Of a stretch of DNA of 64,000 bases, positions 1-13,329 are shown in pieces. The DNA is from Camelus dromedarius (lineage: Eukaryota), in assembly GCF_036321535.1 (NCBI RefSeq), contig NC_087447.1, positions 49,044,001 through 49,108,000 on the forward strand. The letters are read 5' to 3'. Within the stretch, counting starts at the first letter, position 1, and the number at the start of each line of letters is the position of its first letter. A program made the position numbers and the translations under genes. Under the pieces are notes generated by a model. That model did not search any database and was not told the DNA's origin. It saw only the letters and a program-made list of their open reading frames with translations.

Positions 1-2443
1 AGGTCAGTTATTCGGCGGCACAGCCTGGACTATCTGATTCCTGTCCTGCGTTCCAGGCCTCATTCTGCATCCCTGACTGTATCACTCTGGCCTTCAGTAG
101 CCTTATTCCTCTGATCAAGTTTCACATAGTGCCCTTGACTTTCCTCAGGGACTCTAACGAGGGCCTGGGGGAGATGGTCCCACATTCTCTGGAAGGCAGC
201 AGCGCCAAGTCCCTTTCAGGGTGCTGGTCCCTGCACCTTATCTGGAGACCCATAAAGCAAATCTCTCTCAGGTTCAGGACCAAGGAATTAACTGCTTTCT
301 TGTTGAACTGCTCAGCTTCCTTAATTAACGAAAGCCTGTCACCCTCCCTTCTCTTTGGCTCATCTATCAGGAGAGAGCCCTGTACCCAGTTTCTCTCTGT
401 TGGGCTTAATTCTGCATCCCCTCCCTAGGTAGCTGGTAGACCTATTATTCTCTTGTCAAAGGTATTTGGTCCACTTATATCTGTACTTGGACAGACCGTG
501 CAGTGCAGTAGAAAAATCTCAAGCACAACTCCATCTTTTGAGCTCGTGTAACAGGAGAATAGTTCCTGCCCACTGATCTTGCAGAGTTCTCCCAAGTGAG
601 CTGGGGTGTGCAAATGTACCAAACAAACTAGGGAGAGTGAAGGATGACTGTTTTATAAAATAAGGTTCTTTTTAAGAAAATATTTCCTTTTTGAAATATA
701 TAAAACCTCAGTGTTTAGACTTGAAGCCTGAAGGACCCAGAGTCTTTTTTCAGAACCCATGCCTCAACATCCAAAACACAAATTGCCATCATTTACTGGC
801 TGGTGGGGAAGGGACCACATTTATTCTTCGCTCTCATGGGTCTGTGCTGGAGGAGTGCTGGGGGATGCTCTTTCTCTAGCCCATCCCCACTTTCCCAAGG
901 GAAGACTCGATAATCTGACTGGTTAGAGGCCGAGAGTCACTGGGCCCTGCATCCCAGATGGGCTGGACTGCTGAGCATCAAGGGCAGGCTGTTTTATCTT
1001 CCGTTTGTGTTCTCACACACAGAGGCTCACACGGCTTCTTGGTTACACGCTGGGTGGGTCTAGACCTGCTCTGGCAGGCTCTCCAATTTCCCCCTGTTCT
1101 GTCCATGCCTGGTATGAGCGAGGGCCAGCAGCCTTGGTTGATATAACTGATTGAGTAAAAGGCTGTAAATCCAGCCCACCTCTGGGAGCACACAGGGGAC
1201 ATGCAGGCATCTCCAACCTGCCTACAGGCCACACCACATTCTCCAGTCTAGCCTGCATTGGAGGTTAGATGCTGGTTGCCTAGATTTACAAAGCATTGAT
1301 TTGCTTCTCATTTGGCCACTGGTGTTTGTGTTTATCACAAAGGTGGTTTGTGATAGCCACCTTTGTGGTTCCCCTGAACCCCAACACTACCCTTTAACAA
1401 GTTATTTCACTTCGCTTGGTGTGTTTCCTGTTCTGTGGTGAGGATTACAGGATGGCGTGTGTGCAAGTTCTTGGCATGGGTGCTCTGTACATGGAGTGAG
1501 CATCTGGCTCACTCTGGTTCTGCCCCTCCCCAGCTGGCTGATGGGAAGGGATGCAGCAGGATCCTTAGAGGAGGCAACAAAAGGAAAGATGATAGAAACC
1601 CTTTGAATTTGTCTATTTCTGGTTTTAAATGCTGCTCTGGTCATCTGAAGGCTCCAGACTGGAGGGTGGCTGTACAGAGGGGGCAGTCAGGGGATAACTG
1701 TATTTAACTTTTGGGGTCAGCAATGACCAGTCCAGCTTTTGGCTATAGGAAAAGACTAAAGTTCAGGAGGGAGGAGCATTTCAGAAATTTCTGAAATCTT
1801 TCAGAGGAAAGGGGATCTGATTTACTTTATGGCACCCCAGAAGGCAAGACTAAGACCACTAGCTGGGGGAGGTACAGAGGGAGCAAACTGCTCTCAACAT
1901 TAGGAAATGCTTCCTAAGATTCAGGCAGAAGATGTGTATTCTAGGCCTGGCACAGCCATTCATGATTACCATAGGTGACCATAACTTGCACTGGTAGGGG
2001 CTTGGGGTGTCTATGATGTATTCTTGTATCTGTTGCTTCCACCAGTCCTCTCAGCAGCTCTGAGTTGAGAAGCTGAAGTCCAGAGAGTGGAAATCTTGCC
2101 CAAGTTCAGGCAACTATGGAAAGTGATAGAGTCAGACTCACACCTGGGTCTTCTCTCTGATTTCTCCCCACTTCTCCACAGCATCTTCTCTGGGCCTCAG
2201 CTTCTCTATAAAATCAGACTCAATGACCTCCCAGCTCCTCCATACTCTGACTTTTGGGCCTCTGACTGATTGTCTTGTCCCTCCTGGGTGTATCTGTAAG
2301 TAGGAGAGCAAGGGCAGGAGAAGACAAAGCTGCTACTACAAAACTAAGGGAGGGATCCCAGCAGTTCTGTGCCAGGTGCGTCTGCAGGCACTGACATAGG
2401 CTCTACCCATCCTGGGCTTGGGGTCCTGTCTTGGAAGCCTTAC

Positions 2444-2559
2444 CTTCCGCGAGTCCTTCCGAGGCATCAAAATACGATGCTTAGCCTTTACTATCTTCCT
2501 TCGAACTAAGCGGATTCCCAGCCGCTCCTGGAGGAAGCTTTTTAGCAGTGGAGGGACCC
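2444..2559 (-). CDS. XRRA1: XRRA1 coding exon I (116 nt), (G)VPPLLKSFLQERLGIRLVRRKIVKAKHRILMPRKDSRK
   Basis: ctccag|GGGTCCCT...CGGAAG|gtaagg. Lies within ORF 2336..2569. Phase 1 to 0. The next exon was not found in 1-2443. Confidence 0.95.
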
Positions 2560-2587
2560 CTGGAGCCATGGTGGAAAAAGATCACTA

Positions 2588-2820
2588 TTAGCTAACATTT
2601 ACTGGGGGCTTCTCTGTGCCAGGCTCTGCTAAAATTGCTGCATACACACAAACTTACTTAATTCTCACACCAGCCCTAGGAGGTCAGTAGCTTTATTATG
2701 CTTATTTGACAGGTGAGGAAACTGAGGCACAGAGAGGTTAAGGAATTTGCCCAAGGCAATCAAGAGAGTGTGGAGCAAGGACTAGAGCTCCACTGGTGTC
2801 ACTCCAGGGCCCAGGCTTCT
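2588..2820 (-). mobile_element. MIR SINE (similar fragments at ~3045-3190 +, 38120-38310 +, 38600-38715 -, 39790-39980 -, 56660-56830 +, 60525-60740 -)
   Basis: MIR core gaggaaactgaggcacagagaggttaag..ttgcccaagg. Confidence 0.78.
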
Positions 2821-3333
2821 AAAATGCCTCCGGCCGCTTCATCTTGGACAGTGGGTTCCACTACTGACGCATCTATTCCATTCAGTGTGCTCTGGGAAGG
2901 GAGGGCTGTGCAGTTGGGCCCCGCACTCTTCCCCAGCTGGGAAGTGGGGAGTGAGGTCACAACAGACCAGTTCCACAAAGCAGGGTGTTGTTAAACAGCT
3001 CATGCAGGATCTAGATAATTCTGTACTCCATTCTCAGCTCTACCTCTTTGTTGCTGTGTGACCTTGGGTAGAATGGGACCCTCTCTGATCCTCAGTTTCC
3101 TCCAATGTACATAGGGACAATAAGGTCTGCCTCACAGGGTTGCTGTCAGGATGAGCCAGTAGAGCAGAGGTGCTCAGCAGTGTCTGTTGTTTTCTCCATC
3201 TCCCAGTGCACCGTAAACCTTGTCCACCCATGACACAGAGCAGAGCAGGGCCTGGCACTGATGAGGGAGGGATGAGGATGCCTACATTGCTTCCTGGGGG
3301 CTGGGTTCAGGGCCAGGTTTGTGGGCACCATAC

Positions 3334-3427
3334 CTCGTGTATGGGCCACCAGAGGGTTGTTATGGAAGATGAGCTCGCAGAGAGATGGGAAGAGAGCTAC
3401 TGGCAGGATGGCATCTTCCTTCGCGAT
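3334..3427 (-). CDS. XRRA1: XRRA1 coding exon H (94 nt), IAKEDAILPVALFPSLCELIFHNNPLVAHTR(G)
   Basis: ccttacag|ATCGCG...ACGAG|gtatgg. Lies within ORF 3146..3508. Phase 0 to 1. Confidence 0.95.
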
Positions 3428-4655
3428 CTGTAAGGAATGCAGGAGAACATCAGCTTGGCACCGCCCCCCACCTCTGCCCAAGTGCTTCCAGGCCCCACAA
3501 TGCAGCACTACATGCTCCCTAGGACTAGGGTAGGGCTGGGGGACTGAGGCTGCTGGGGACAGGACTCCCTGCTGGGCAGCATCTTATCTCTGCAATTTCA
3601 TCTGCTCGTACCCAGAATACCTTGCCCCTCCTATCCGAAATTCCACCATCGCTATTATCGTATTTGAAAGGTATGATTTTTTTTTCCCTTCTCCACAATG
3701 GATATGTAATCCATACCAAGTATTGAGATGTTGGTGACAAAATAATAAGAACATATATATAGCACTTGTTGCACAAGGAGTCTGGCAAGACATTGACTTT
3801 GACTTCAGGATACAACTTGTCTGACACTTCATCTTCCTCAGTGCAACCTCTACACACCCAGTCAGTCTGTCAACAACACTGATGGTGTCTTTTACAGAAG
3901 CCTGTCCTGTTCATTGATCAAGGGAGGGATAGGGGACAGGAGGTCAGGGGGATACATGCATCTGAGCGATAAGCAGAGCCAGTGGAAAGGGAGACCTCAT
4001 GGCTGGCTGGGGCCCAGAGGCCACTCTACCCCTTATGAGGCCAGCCTCTGAAGGGTAAAAAATACACAATCCTTGTTGAGCAAAGTGGCTGGAATATCTG
4101 GGGACAACCGTGGGCAGGGTGTCTATTAGCAGTGAAATAGTATCAGAGGGTCCATGGGCAGGGCAGTGGCCTTTCAGATGCCTGGACACATTGAAAGGTG
4201 TTGTGTCAGATTTGGGACCCACAGAAGGCATCAAGGTCAGAGGGCTGGGAATAGGACGGTATTTGAGTTGACTTCCTCTGGAGCCTCCCTGGGGAGCACT
4301 AGATGCCCAATGGGCAATTACCTATTCATTCTCTTTCCTTTTTGTTCCTTTGATCAACAAATATTTATTGAATGCCTACATGTACCAAGCACTGGGTTGG
4401 GACTGAGCAGAACAGAGCAATTCCTATCCTCAAAAAATGGTACCTAGTGGGAAACAAGCATTGAAGAAACAGTAACACAAAGGAGTAAATTTACAGCCAT
4501 GATTAGTGCCACAAAAGAGAGACACATGAAGCATTATGGTGATTGGACCTAGTCATGGCGGTAAGAGAAGACGTCCCTGAGACCTGAAGGATGGGTAGGA
4601 GGTAATTAGTGGATGCAGTGGGGGATGTGGGATGTGTATGTGTCAAAGAAAACTC

Positions 4656-5080
4656 TGTATTAACCAAAACCATCCCCTCTTCTTTCTGGGCACACAGCCA
4701 GACTGTATTCTCTTGCCTCCCAGGCACCTATATGTGGGCATATGACTCACTTCTAGCCAATGCAAACTGGGTGGAAATGATAAATGCCACTTCCAGGCAC
4801 AGTCCTTTCAAAACCTCCTGAATGATCCTCTACGTCTCTCACCACCCTCCCTTCACTCAGCCATGTATCCACCAGTTGCACAGGATCAAATAATGTACTC
4901 TTAAGGTCCTATGGAACGACACAGCCATAGCCAGAAGGGACTTGGGTCTCTGAGGATCATGAGGACCTGCCAACCAAGAATATCCACAATGTATTTTGTA
5001 AAAGCAAGAAATAAACTTTTGTGTTTAGTCACTGAGATTTTTAAGTTTGCTGGAGCAGCTAATATTACTTACTCTAATGC
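4656..5080 (+). mobile_element. Old MLT1-type solo LTR within L2 remnants
   Basis: ttctagccaatg..tgccacttccaggc and aagaaataaactttt..tcactgagattt resemble MLT1H-J. Subfamily uncertain. Confidence 0.6.
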
Positions 5081-5305
5081 CAGAGAGGAAACGTTCCATA
5101 CAGAGAAGAATGTGTGAAAGGCCTCATAGCAAGGAGGAGGAATGCCTGCTGGAAGGATTTAAAGACAGCGAGTGTGACTAAAAGCAGAGAGAAAGGGTGC
5201 TTGGAACAAAATGAGGCAGGAGATGCAATTATGAACCAGACCAAAGTTAAAGATTTTGGTCCTGAGCGGACCTATTAGATAAATTTTTAGAAATATGAGG
5301 ACTTA

Positions 5306-8300
5306 GGCTATTGCTTCAGGAGGCATATCAAGATGGAAGACAAAGAGGATGTGGAGTTAACCTCCCCCTACAAACACATAAAAAATATACCTATAGTGGA
5401 ATAATTCTCATGGAAAACTAACAGAAGAACTTTTATACAACCAAGACAGCAAGAAAGATTCCCATGAAATTATGAGTATGGAAAGAAAAGCACTGGGTTG
5501 GGACGTATGGAAACTAAGAGGAAAGGGCAACTGCATGTGCAGACGCTACCCTGGGGAGTGAACAGGTCCGGTCACAGACAAGGCGTCCCAGTCCTGGGGT
5601 CCCACGCAGGGGAGACAAGCCCCCTTGGCTGCCTGGTGAAATACTGGGACAGATATCAAAGCTGCAGAAGCCTAGACCCCTAGACTGGTAAGGAGTGCAC
5701 GGGCCACCTCTGCATCTCTAGGGCAGAGGTGGCCCGGGGCCTGGGGTGTGGTCCATGTGGGGCAGCAGCAGCCACTGTGAGTGCTCGATCACTCAAACAG
5801 CGCCACGAGGTGGCTCAGACTACTGACAGCAGCACAGCCACTTTAATTTCCTCAACCATGACACCACGATCCCCAGTCCCAGCCTAGTGAACGCTCCAGC
5901 CCTGCTCACTCTACACCACAACCTTGCACTAGATGTGGGGCTACCGCAACAGGGGAAAAGATGCAATCTTGGGCTGCAGCTGAACAGAGCTTCAGACCTC
6001 TACAAAGGCAGAGGATTGCACCTATGTAAGCGCAAAGCCCCATTTACTTCAGCACCCCCTCCTTTGGGCAAAGGCCCCATTGCGGGAAGAAGGAAAAACA
6101 CACACCCTTAAAGGGAACAGAGCCAGCTCAAGCCAGACCCTCAGGGCTTCCGTTCCAGCAACTAGGGAGCAGACCCCACCTGTGACAGAGCTGCAGCGGC
6201 CACTGAGCAGACAGGAAGTTCTGCCTCACACCCTGCTGGAGGCACTGGCTCCTCCAATACCAGCCACACCCTCTTCAAGGTGACAGTGGCCAGCACACCC
6301 TGAGGAAAGATATGGCTGGCATCCACATCAAATCTAGCCCTCAAACCAAAGATGTTGGGCACATCTACTCTACATAGGGATACGCTCACAGGCACACCAA
6401 AATCACAACTATCTGCAGAACAACCATCAATGAAAAGGACCAGAACATACCAGAAAAGATCTTCTACCACAAAAGATATAAAGAAGGAACTATGATGAGA
6501 TTGGTAAGAGGGGCGGAGCTGTGATATAGTTAAGTCCCACACCTCCAGGTCGGTGACCCACTAACAGAAGGATAATTACAATTGCAGAGGTTCCCCCAAA
6601 GAAGAGGTCTGATTTCTCACATTGGGCTCCCCAGACTGGGGATCCAGCACCAGGAAGATGAGCCCCCAGAGCATTTGGCTTTGAAGACCAGCAAGGCTTA
6701 CTTTAGGGAGTTCCAGAGGGCTGGGGAAAACAGAGACTTCACTCTAAAAGGGCACACACAAAATCTCACACACTCCAGGACCCAGGGCAGAAGCAGTAAT
6801 TTGATAATCGCCTGGTTCAAACCTACCTGCTGACCTTGGAGAGTCTCCTGGAGAGGTAGGCGGATGGTTGCAGCTCACCCTGGGGTCACAGACTCTGGAG
6901 GCAGCAATTCTGGGGGCTCATTCTACTGCATGGACACTGGTGCTGGCAAGCTCCACTGCAGAATCTTCCCTCTAGCTTATTAGCCCCAGGATGAAGCCCT
7001 GCCCTAGCCCAACAGTCTGCAGACACCAGTACTGGAATGCCTCAGGCCAGGCAACTAACTGAACATGGACAAAGCCCCACCTACTAGCAGACAGTTTGTT
7101 TTAAGAACCCATGAGTCCAGAGCCACCTTTGGATATGGCCCTGCCCACCAGAATGCCCAGGACCAGGCGCCCAAAATTAGGGCTCAGAAACTAGACCTGA
7201 GACCATAGGATGCAGCCCCACCCACAAGTGGGCAGACACCAGCCGCAAGAAAACCAGAGTCCTGCAGCCTGTGGATCAGGCCCACCCAACAGCAGGCCAG
7301 CACAAGCTTCAGGACACCTTGGACCCTGTAGCCATATCCCAGGACCCAGTTCTGCCCACCAATAGGCAAGAACTAGCCCCAGGACCTGGCTTCACCCACC
7401 AGTGGGCATGCAACAGCCCAGGGTCTCCTGGACCCTGACTACCCACTAGTAAGCTGGACCTGGGCCCTCTGGGGTTCTGCAGTCAGCAACCTCATGACCC
7501 AGTTCTACCAACCAGCAGCCGGCAGCTTATAACCATGGCAGGGCTTGTCAACCAAATGGACTAGGGGTGAATCAAGTCTACCAGACCGCCCACATAGCCT
7601 GCCACAACAGAGCCCTCATGGGGGAACCCCTAGAGCATACAGCTCTGGAGAGGAGAGGATAGTGTGCTGCTGGGATGCACAGGACGTCTCCTACAAAAGG
7701 ACAATTCTCCAAGGTTGAGAAACATAAACAACCTACCAGATACATAAAAATAAAAACAGCAACTTAAGCAAAATAAGGCAACAGAGGAACATTTTCAAAA
7801 TTAAGGAATAAGATAAAACCCCTGAAGAACTAAGTGAAGTGGAGATAGGCAATCTACCTGAGAAAGAATTCAAGGTAGTGATCATAAAGATGATCAAAGA
7901 ACTAGGGAGGAAAATGGATGCTCAGAGCAAGAAGTCAGAAGTTTTTAACAAAAAGTTAGAAAATATAAAGAACAACCAGAGATGAAGAATACATTAACTG
8001 AAATGAAATATACACTAGAAGGAATCAACAGTAGACTAAATGATATAGAGGAACAGATCACTGAACTGGAAGTCAGAGTAGTGGAAATCACTGACCCTGA
8101 ACAGGATAAGAAATGAAGACAGCTTAGGAGACCCCTGGGACAACATCAAGCACACTAATATTCAGATTATAGAAGTCCCAGAAGGAGAAGAGAGAGAGAA
8201 AGGGGCTAAGAACATAATTGAAGACATAATATCTAAAAACTTGCCTAAGGTGGGAAAGAAAACAGACATCCAAGTCCAGGATGTGCAGAGAGTCCCATAC

Positions 8301-11300
8301 AGACTTAACCCAAAGATGAACACACCAAGACACACTGTAATCAAAATGACAAAAATGAAAGATAAAGAGAGAATATTAAAAGCAGCAAGGGAAAAGCAAC
8401 AAGTTACATACAAGGGAACTCCCATGAGTCTAGGAGCTGATTTTTCAGCAGAAGCTCTGCAGGCCAGAAGACAGTGGCATGATGCATTTAAAGTAATGAA
8501 AGGAAAAAATCTACAACCAAGAATACTCTACCCACCAAGGCTGTGGTTCAGATTTGATGGAGAAATCGTAAGTTTTACAAACAAGTAAAAGCTAAAAGAG
8601 TTCAGCGTGACCAAACTAGCTTTACAAGAAATGTTAAAAGAATTTCTCTAAGCGAACAATAAAAGGCCACAACTAAAAACATGAAAATTATGAAAATAAA
8701 AAGCTCATCAGTAAAAGCAAACAAACATAAAGGTAGGAAATTATCCACACACCAAGCTAGTAGGAAGGTTAAAAAACAAAAGTAGTAAAATCTCCTGTAT
8801 CCATAATAGGTAGTTAAGGGGTACACAAAACAATTAGATGTAAAACATGAGATCAATAATAGTAACTCTGAGGGGAGGAGAGTACAAAGAGTTGTTAAAA
8901 TGCATTTGAAATTAAGAGATCAGTCACTTACAACAATTGTGTATATATATAGAAGGTGATATATAAACCGCATGGTAGCCACAAACCAAAAATCAGTAAG
9001 AGACACAAACAAAAGAAAAAGCAATTGAAACGTAACACTAAAGATAGCCTTCAAATCACAAGAGAAGAGAACAAAGAAAGGAACAAAGAATACCTATAAA
9101 AACTCAAAACCAATGAACAAAATAGCAATATGAACATACGTATCAATAATTACCTTATTGTTTATATACAGTTTATTCAGCAACAGTGTTATCTGTAAGA
9201 GTTCAAATTCTTTAACAATGTCCATTTACCTTACAATGACTATGTTTGACTATTTCTGTTCTACTTAACTTTGTATTTGACTTTTTTTTATTGTAGTCAG
9301 TTTACAATGTTGTGTCAATTTCTAGTGTACAGCATAATGTTTCAGTTATACATACACATATACTCCTTTTCATATTCTTTTTCATTTAGGTTACTGAATA
9401 TAGTTCCCTGTGCTATACAGTAGAAACTTGTTTATCTATTTTATATATAGTAGTATCTTCAAATCTCGAACTCTCAATTTATCCCCTCCCACCTCCTTTC
9501 CCCACTAGTAATCATAAGTTTGTTTTCTATGTCTGTGAGTTTGTTTTTGTTTTGTAAATAAGTTTGTGTCTTTTTTTTTTTTTTCAGATTTCACATATAA
9601 GTGATATCACGGTATTTTTCTTTTTCTGGCTTACTTCACTTAACATGATGATCTTCAGGTCCATCCATGTTGCTGCAAATGGCGTTATTTTATTCTTTTT
9701 TATGGCTGAATAGTTGTATATATGCCACAACTTCTTCATCTAGTCATCTGTTAATGAAGATTTAGGTTGTTTCCATGTCTTGGCTATTGAAAACAGTGCT
9801 GCTATGAACACTGGGGTGCATGTATTTTTTCGAGAGTTCCCTCTGGATGTATGCCCAAGACTGGGATTGCTGGATCATATGGTAAGTTTATTTTTAGTTT
9901 TTAAAAGAATTTCCATACTGTTTTCCATAGTGGCTATACCGAACTACATTCCTACCAAGAGTGTAGGGTTCCCTTTTTTCCACAGCCTCTCCAGCATTTA
10001 TTCCTTTTTGTTTTTTCAGCATTTATTCGTTGTTGACTTTTTAATGATGGCCATTCTGACTGGTGTGAGGTGATACCTCACATATCAATAATTACTTTAA
10101 ATGGGAATGGACTAAACGCTCCAATCAAAAAACACAAAGTGGCTGAATGGATACAAAAACAAGACCTGTATAAATGCTGCCTACAAGAGACTCACTTCAG
10201 ATCTAAAGACTCATACAAACTGAAAGTGAGGGGATGGAAAAAAGATATTTCATGTAAATGGAAACGACAATAAAATGAGAGCAGTGATACACATATCAGA
10301 CATAACAGACTTTGAAACAAAGGCTATAATGAAAGACAAGTAAGAGCATTATATAAAATAAAAGGATCAATATAAAAAGAGGATATTATACCCATTAACA
10401 TATACACACCCAGTACAGGAACACCTAAATATATAAAATACTAATAGACATAAAAGGAGAAGTTGATAATAACAGAATAATAGTAGGTGACATTAACACC
10501 CCACTGATATCAATAGACAGATCTTCCAGACATAAAATCAATAAGGCAACAGAGGTCTTAAATGACACAATGGACCAGTTGTACGTAATTGATATCTATA
10601 GGACATTACATACAAAAAAAATAGAATACCCATTCTTTTCAAGTGCACATGGAACACTCTCCAGGATAGACCACATACCAGAATTAGTAAAAGAAGAACA
10701 AACAAAACCCAAAGTCAGCAGAAGGAAGGAAATAATAAAGATTGGAGAGGAAATAAAGAGAGATTAGAAAAAAATAGTAGAAGGGATCAATGAAACTAAG
10801 AGCTGCTTTTTTAAAAAGATGAAGAGGATTGAGAAACCTTAAAAAAAAAAAAAGAGAAAATACCTAAATAAAATAAGAAATGAAAAAGAAGTAATAACAA
10901 CTGATACAAATACAAAAAACATGAGAGCATACTATGAACTGTTATATGCCAATAAATGGGACAACCTAGAAGAAATGGACAAATGTCTAGAAACAGAAAT
11001 CCTGCCAAGACTGAGTCAAGAAGAAACAGACAATTTGAATGGACTGATCACTAGAAATAAAATGGAATCTTCAATCAAAAAAAAAAAAAAAAAAACCCAA
11101 AAAACCCCAAACCTCCCAGCAAACAAAAGTCCAGGACCGGATGGCTTCGTAGGGGATTTCTACCAAACATATAAAGAAGAACTGATACCTATCCTCTCAA
11201 ACTTTCCCCAAAAAACTGAAGACCTGAAGCCATATAACTCTGAGAAGAAAACATAAATTGTAGCAATATTTTCATTGACATAAATTGTAGCAATACTTTC

Positions 11301-12423
11301 TTGGATCAGTTTCCTAAGGCAAAAGAAATTAGAGCAAAAATAAGCAGATGGGACCTAATTAAACTTAAAAAGCTTCTGCACAGCAAAGGAAACCACTGAC
11401 AAAACAAAAAGGCAACCTATGCAATGGAAGAAAATATTTGCAAATGATGTGACCAACAAGGAGTTAATATCCAAAATATACAAACAGCTCATATAACTCA
11501 ATTATCAAAAAACAAATAAGCCAATTAAAAAATGAGCAGATTTGAATAGATATTTTTCCAAAGAAGACATACAGATGGCCAACAGGCAAATGAAATATGC
11601 TCAACATGACTAATTATTAGAGAAATACAAATCAAAACCACAACGAAGTATCACCTCACATCTGTCAGAATGGCTAACATCAAAAAGTATACAAATAATG
11701 AATGTTGGCAAAAATGTGGAGAAAAGACAACCTTCATATGCTGTTGGTGGGAATGTAAATTGGTGCAGCAACTGTGGAAAACAGTGTGGATATTTCTCAA
11801 AAAACTAAAAAGAGAACTACCATATGACCCAGCAATATCACTCCAGGGTATAAATACAGAAAAAACAAAAACACTAATTCAAAAAGACACATGTACCCTA
11901 ATGTCATAGCAGCACAATTTATAACAGCCAAAACATGGAAGGAACCCAAGTGCCCATCAACAGATGACTGAACTAAGAAGATGTAGTGTATATATACACA
12001 ATTCAATATTACTTGGCCTTAGAAAAATGAAATAATGCCATTTGCAGGGATGTGGATAGACCTAGAAAATACTATGCTTAGTGAAATAAATCAAAGACAA
12101 ATATTATATGATAACACTTATATGTGGAATCTAAAAATAATACAAATGACTATATATGCAAAGCAGAAACAGACTCACACAGAAAACAAACTTGCGGTTA
12201 CCAAAGGGAAGAGAGAAGGGAGAGGGACAAATTAGGGGTATAGGATTAACAAAAGACTATATATAAAATAGATAAGCAACAAGAATACACTGTACAGAAC
12301 AGGGAATTACACTCATTATCTTGTAACAACATATAATAGAATATAACATGCAAAAATACTGAATCACTATGCTGTACATTTGAAACTAACACTTGTAAAC
12401 CAACTATACTTCAGTAAGAAAAA
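5306..12423 (+). mobile_element. L1 element #1: 5'-complete, internally deleted, degenerate, with a nested inverted L1 fragment
   Basis: CAAGATGG start motif near 5329; ORF1 remnant ~7770-8650 (TPRHTVIKM..KERILKAAREK..LQPRILYP); endonuclease and C-terminal ORF2 remnants; 3'UTR and short A tail. TSD agaaatatga(g/a)gac(t/c)ta at 5289-5305 and 12424-12440. Confidence 0.9.
9157..10080 (-). mobile_element. 5'-truncated L1 inserted antisense at the ORF2 start of L1 #1, carrying ~125 nt of extra 3' sequence
   Basis: Minus strand reads ORF2 C-terminus (tgaggtatcacctcacaccagtcagaatggcc), 3'UTR, then A tract at 9282-9289. 18-bp TSD c(g/a)tatcaataattac(c/t)tt at 9139-9156 and 10081-10098. Confidence 0.9.
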
Positions 12424-12847
12424 AGAAATATGAAGACCTAACTTTGTCAAGATTTGGATTAGATATGGGCGGGGAGAAGAGATGTACAGGAGAATGAAGT
12501 TTCAAAGATGACAACCAGGTTTTGGCACAAGTACCTGAATGGAGTCAATAGTTCAAGTAACTCAGCTATTGACTAAGATAAGGAAACAATGGAAGAATAT
12601 CAAATTTGAAGGGATAAAACCACTAATTCACTTTGGATATGTGTACTGTGGAGGTGCCTTTTAGACCTCCAAGTGAAATTGAAGTAGGCAGTGGATACAC
12701 TGGTCTGTGGTACAAAGGAGTTTTAAGTTTGTGAGGCACTGGTCATGGGCAAAAGGTATGTGAGGTCAGCCCTAGGGAGAAAACCCAGAGTAGAGTAAAG
12801 GGACTTGGAGTGGACCTTAAAGGACTCTGACATTTGATCATTTAGAC

Positions 12848-13329
12848 CAGAGGTCAGCAAATCTTTTCTGTCAATGGCCAGATAATAAACGTTTTTAGGC
12901 TTTTCAGGCCATAGCGTTTCGGTTGAAACTACTCAGCTTTGCTGTTGTAGCACAAAATAAGCTGTAGACCATTCATAAGCAAGTAAGTGTGGTGACTCTT
13001 TTCCAACAAAACTATTTATGGACTATGAAATTTGAATTTTATATAATTTTAATGTGTCATGGAGTATTATTCTTCTTTTGATTTTTTTCAAAACATTTAA
13101 AACTGTATGAATCACTCTTTGCTCAAAGAATACACAAAAACCAGGGTCAGCAGATATACCCTATGGGTTAAATCTGGGCCCCTATCTGTTTAATAAGGTT
13201 TCATTAGAACACTGCCATGCTCATTCATTTACGTACTGCCTTTTGTGCTACAAGTGCAGAGTTGAGTAGTTCTGATAGAGCAATATATTTACTATCTGGC
13301 TCTTCACAGAAAAAACTTGGGGACTTCTT
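12848..13329. mobile_element. Inverted composite of two MER58-like hAT-Charlie elements
   Basis: 12848-13141 is MER58B-like (+) and 13142-13329 is MER58A-like (-). Flanked by atttagac and atctagac. Confidence 0.72.

Noticed and set aside
2588..3190. Inverted MIR pairs in both short introns (also 38120-38715)
   Set aside because: MIRs are abundant and too diverged for stable pairing; chance is a sufficient explanation.
3525..3857. 110-aa minus-strand ORF just upstream of exon H
   Set aside because: Not needed for the XRRA1 frame (G joins H at phase 0), no recognisable homology and no convincing splice pair.
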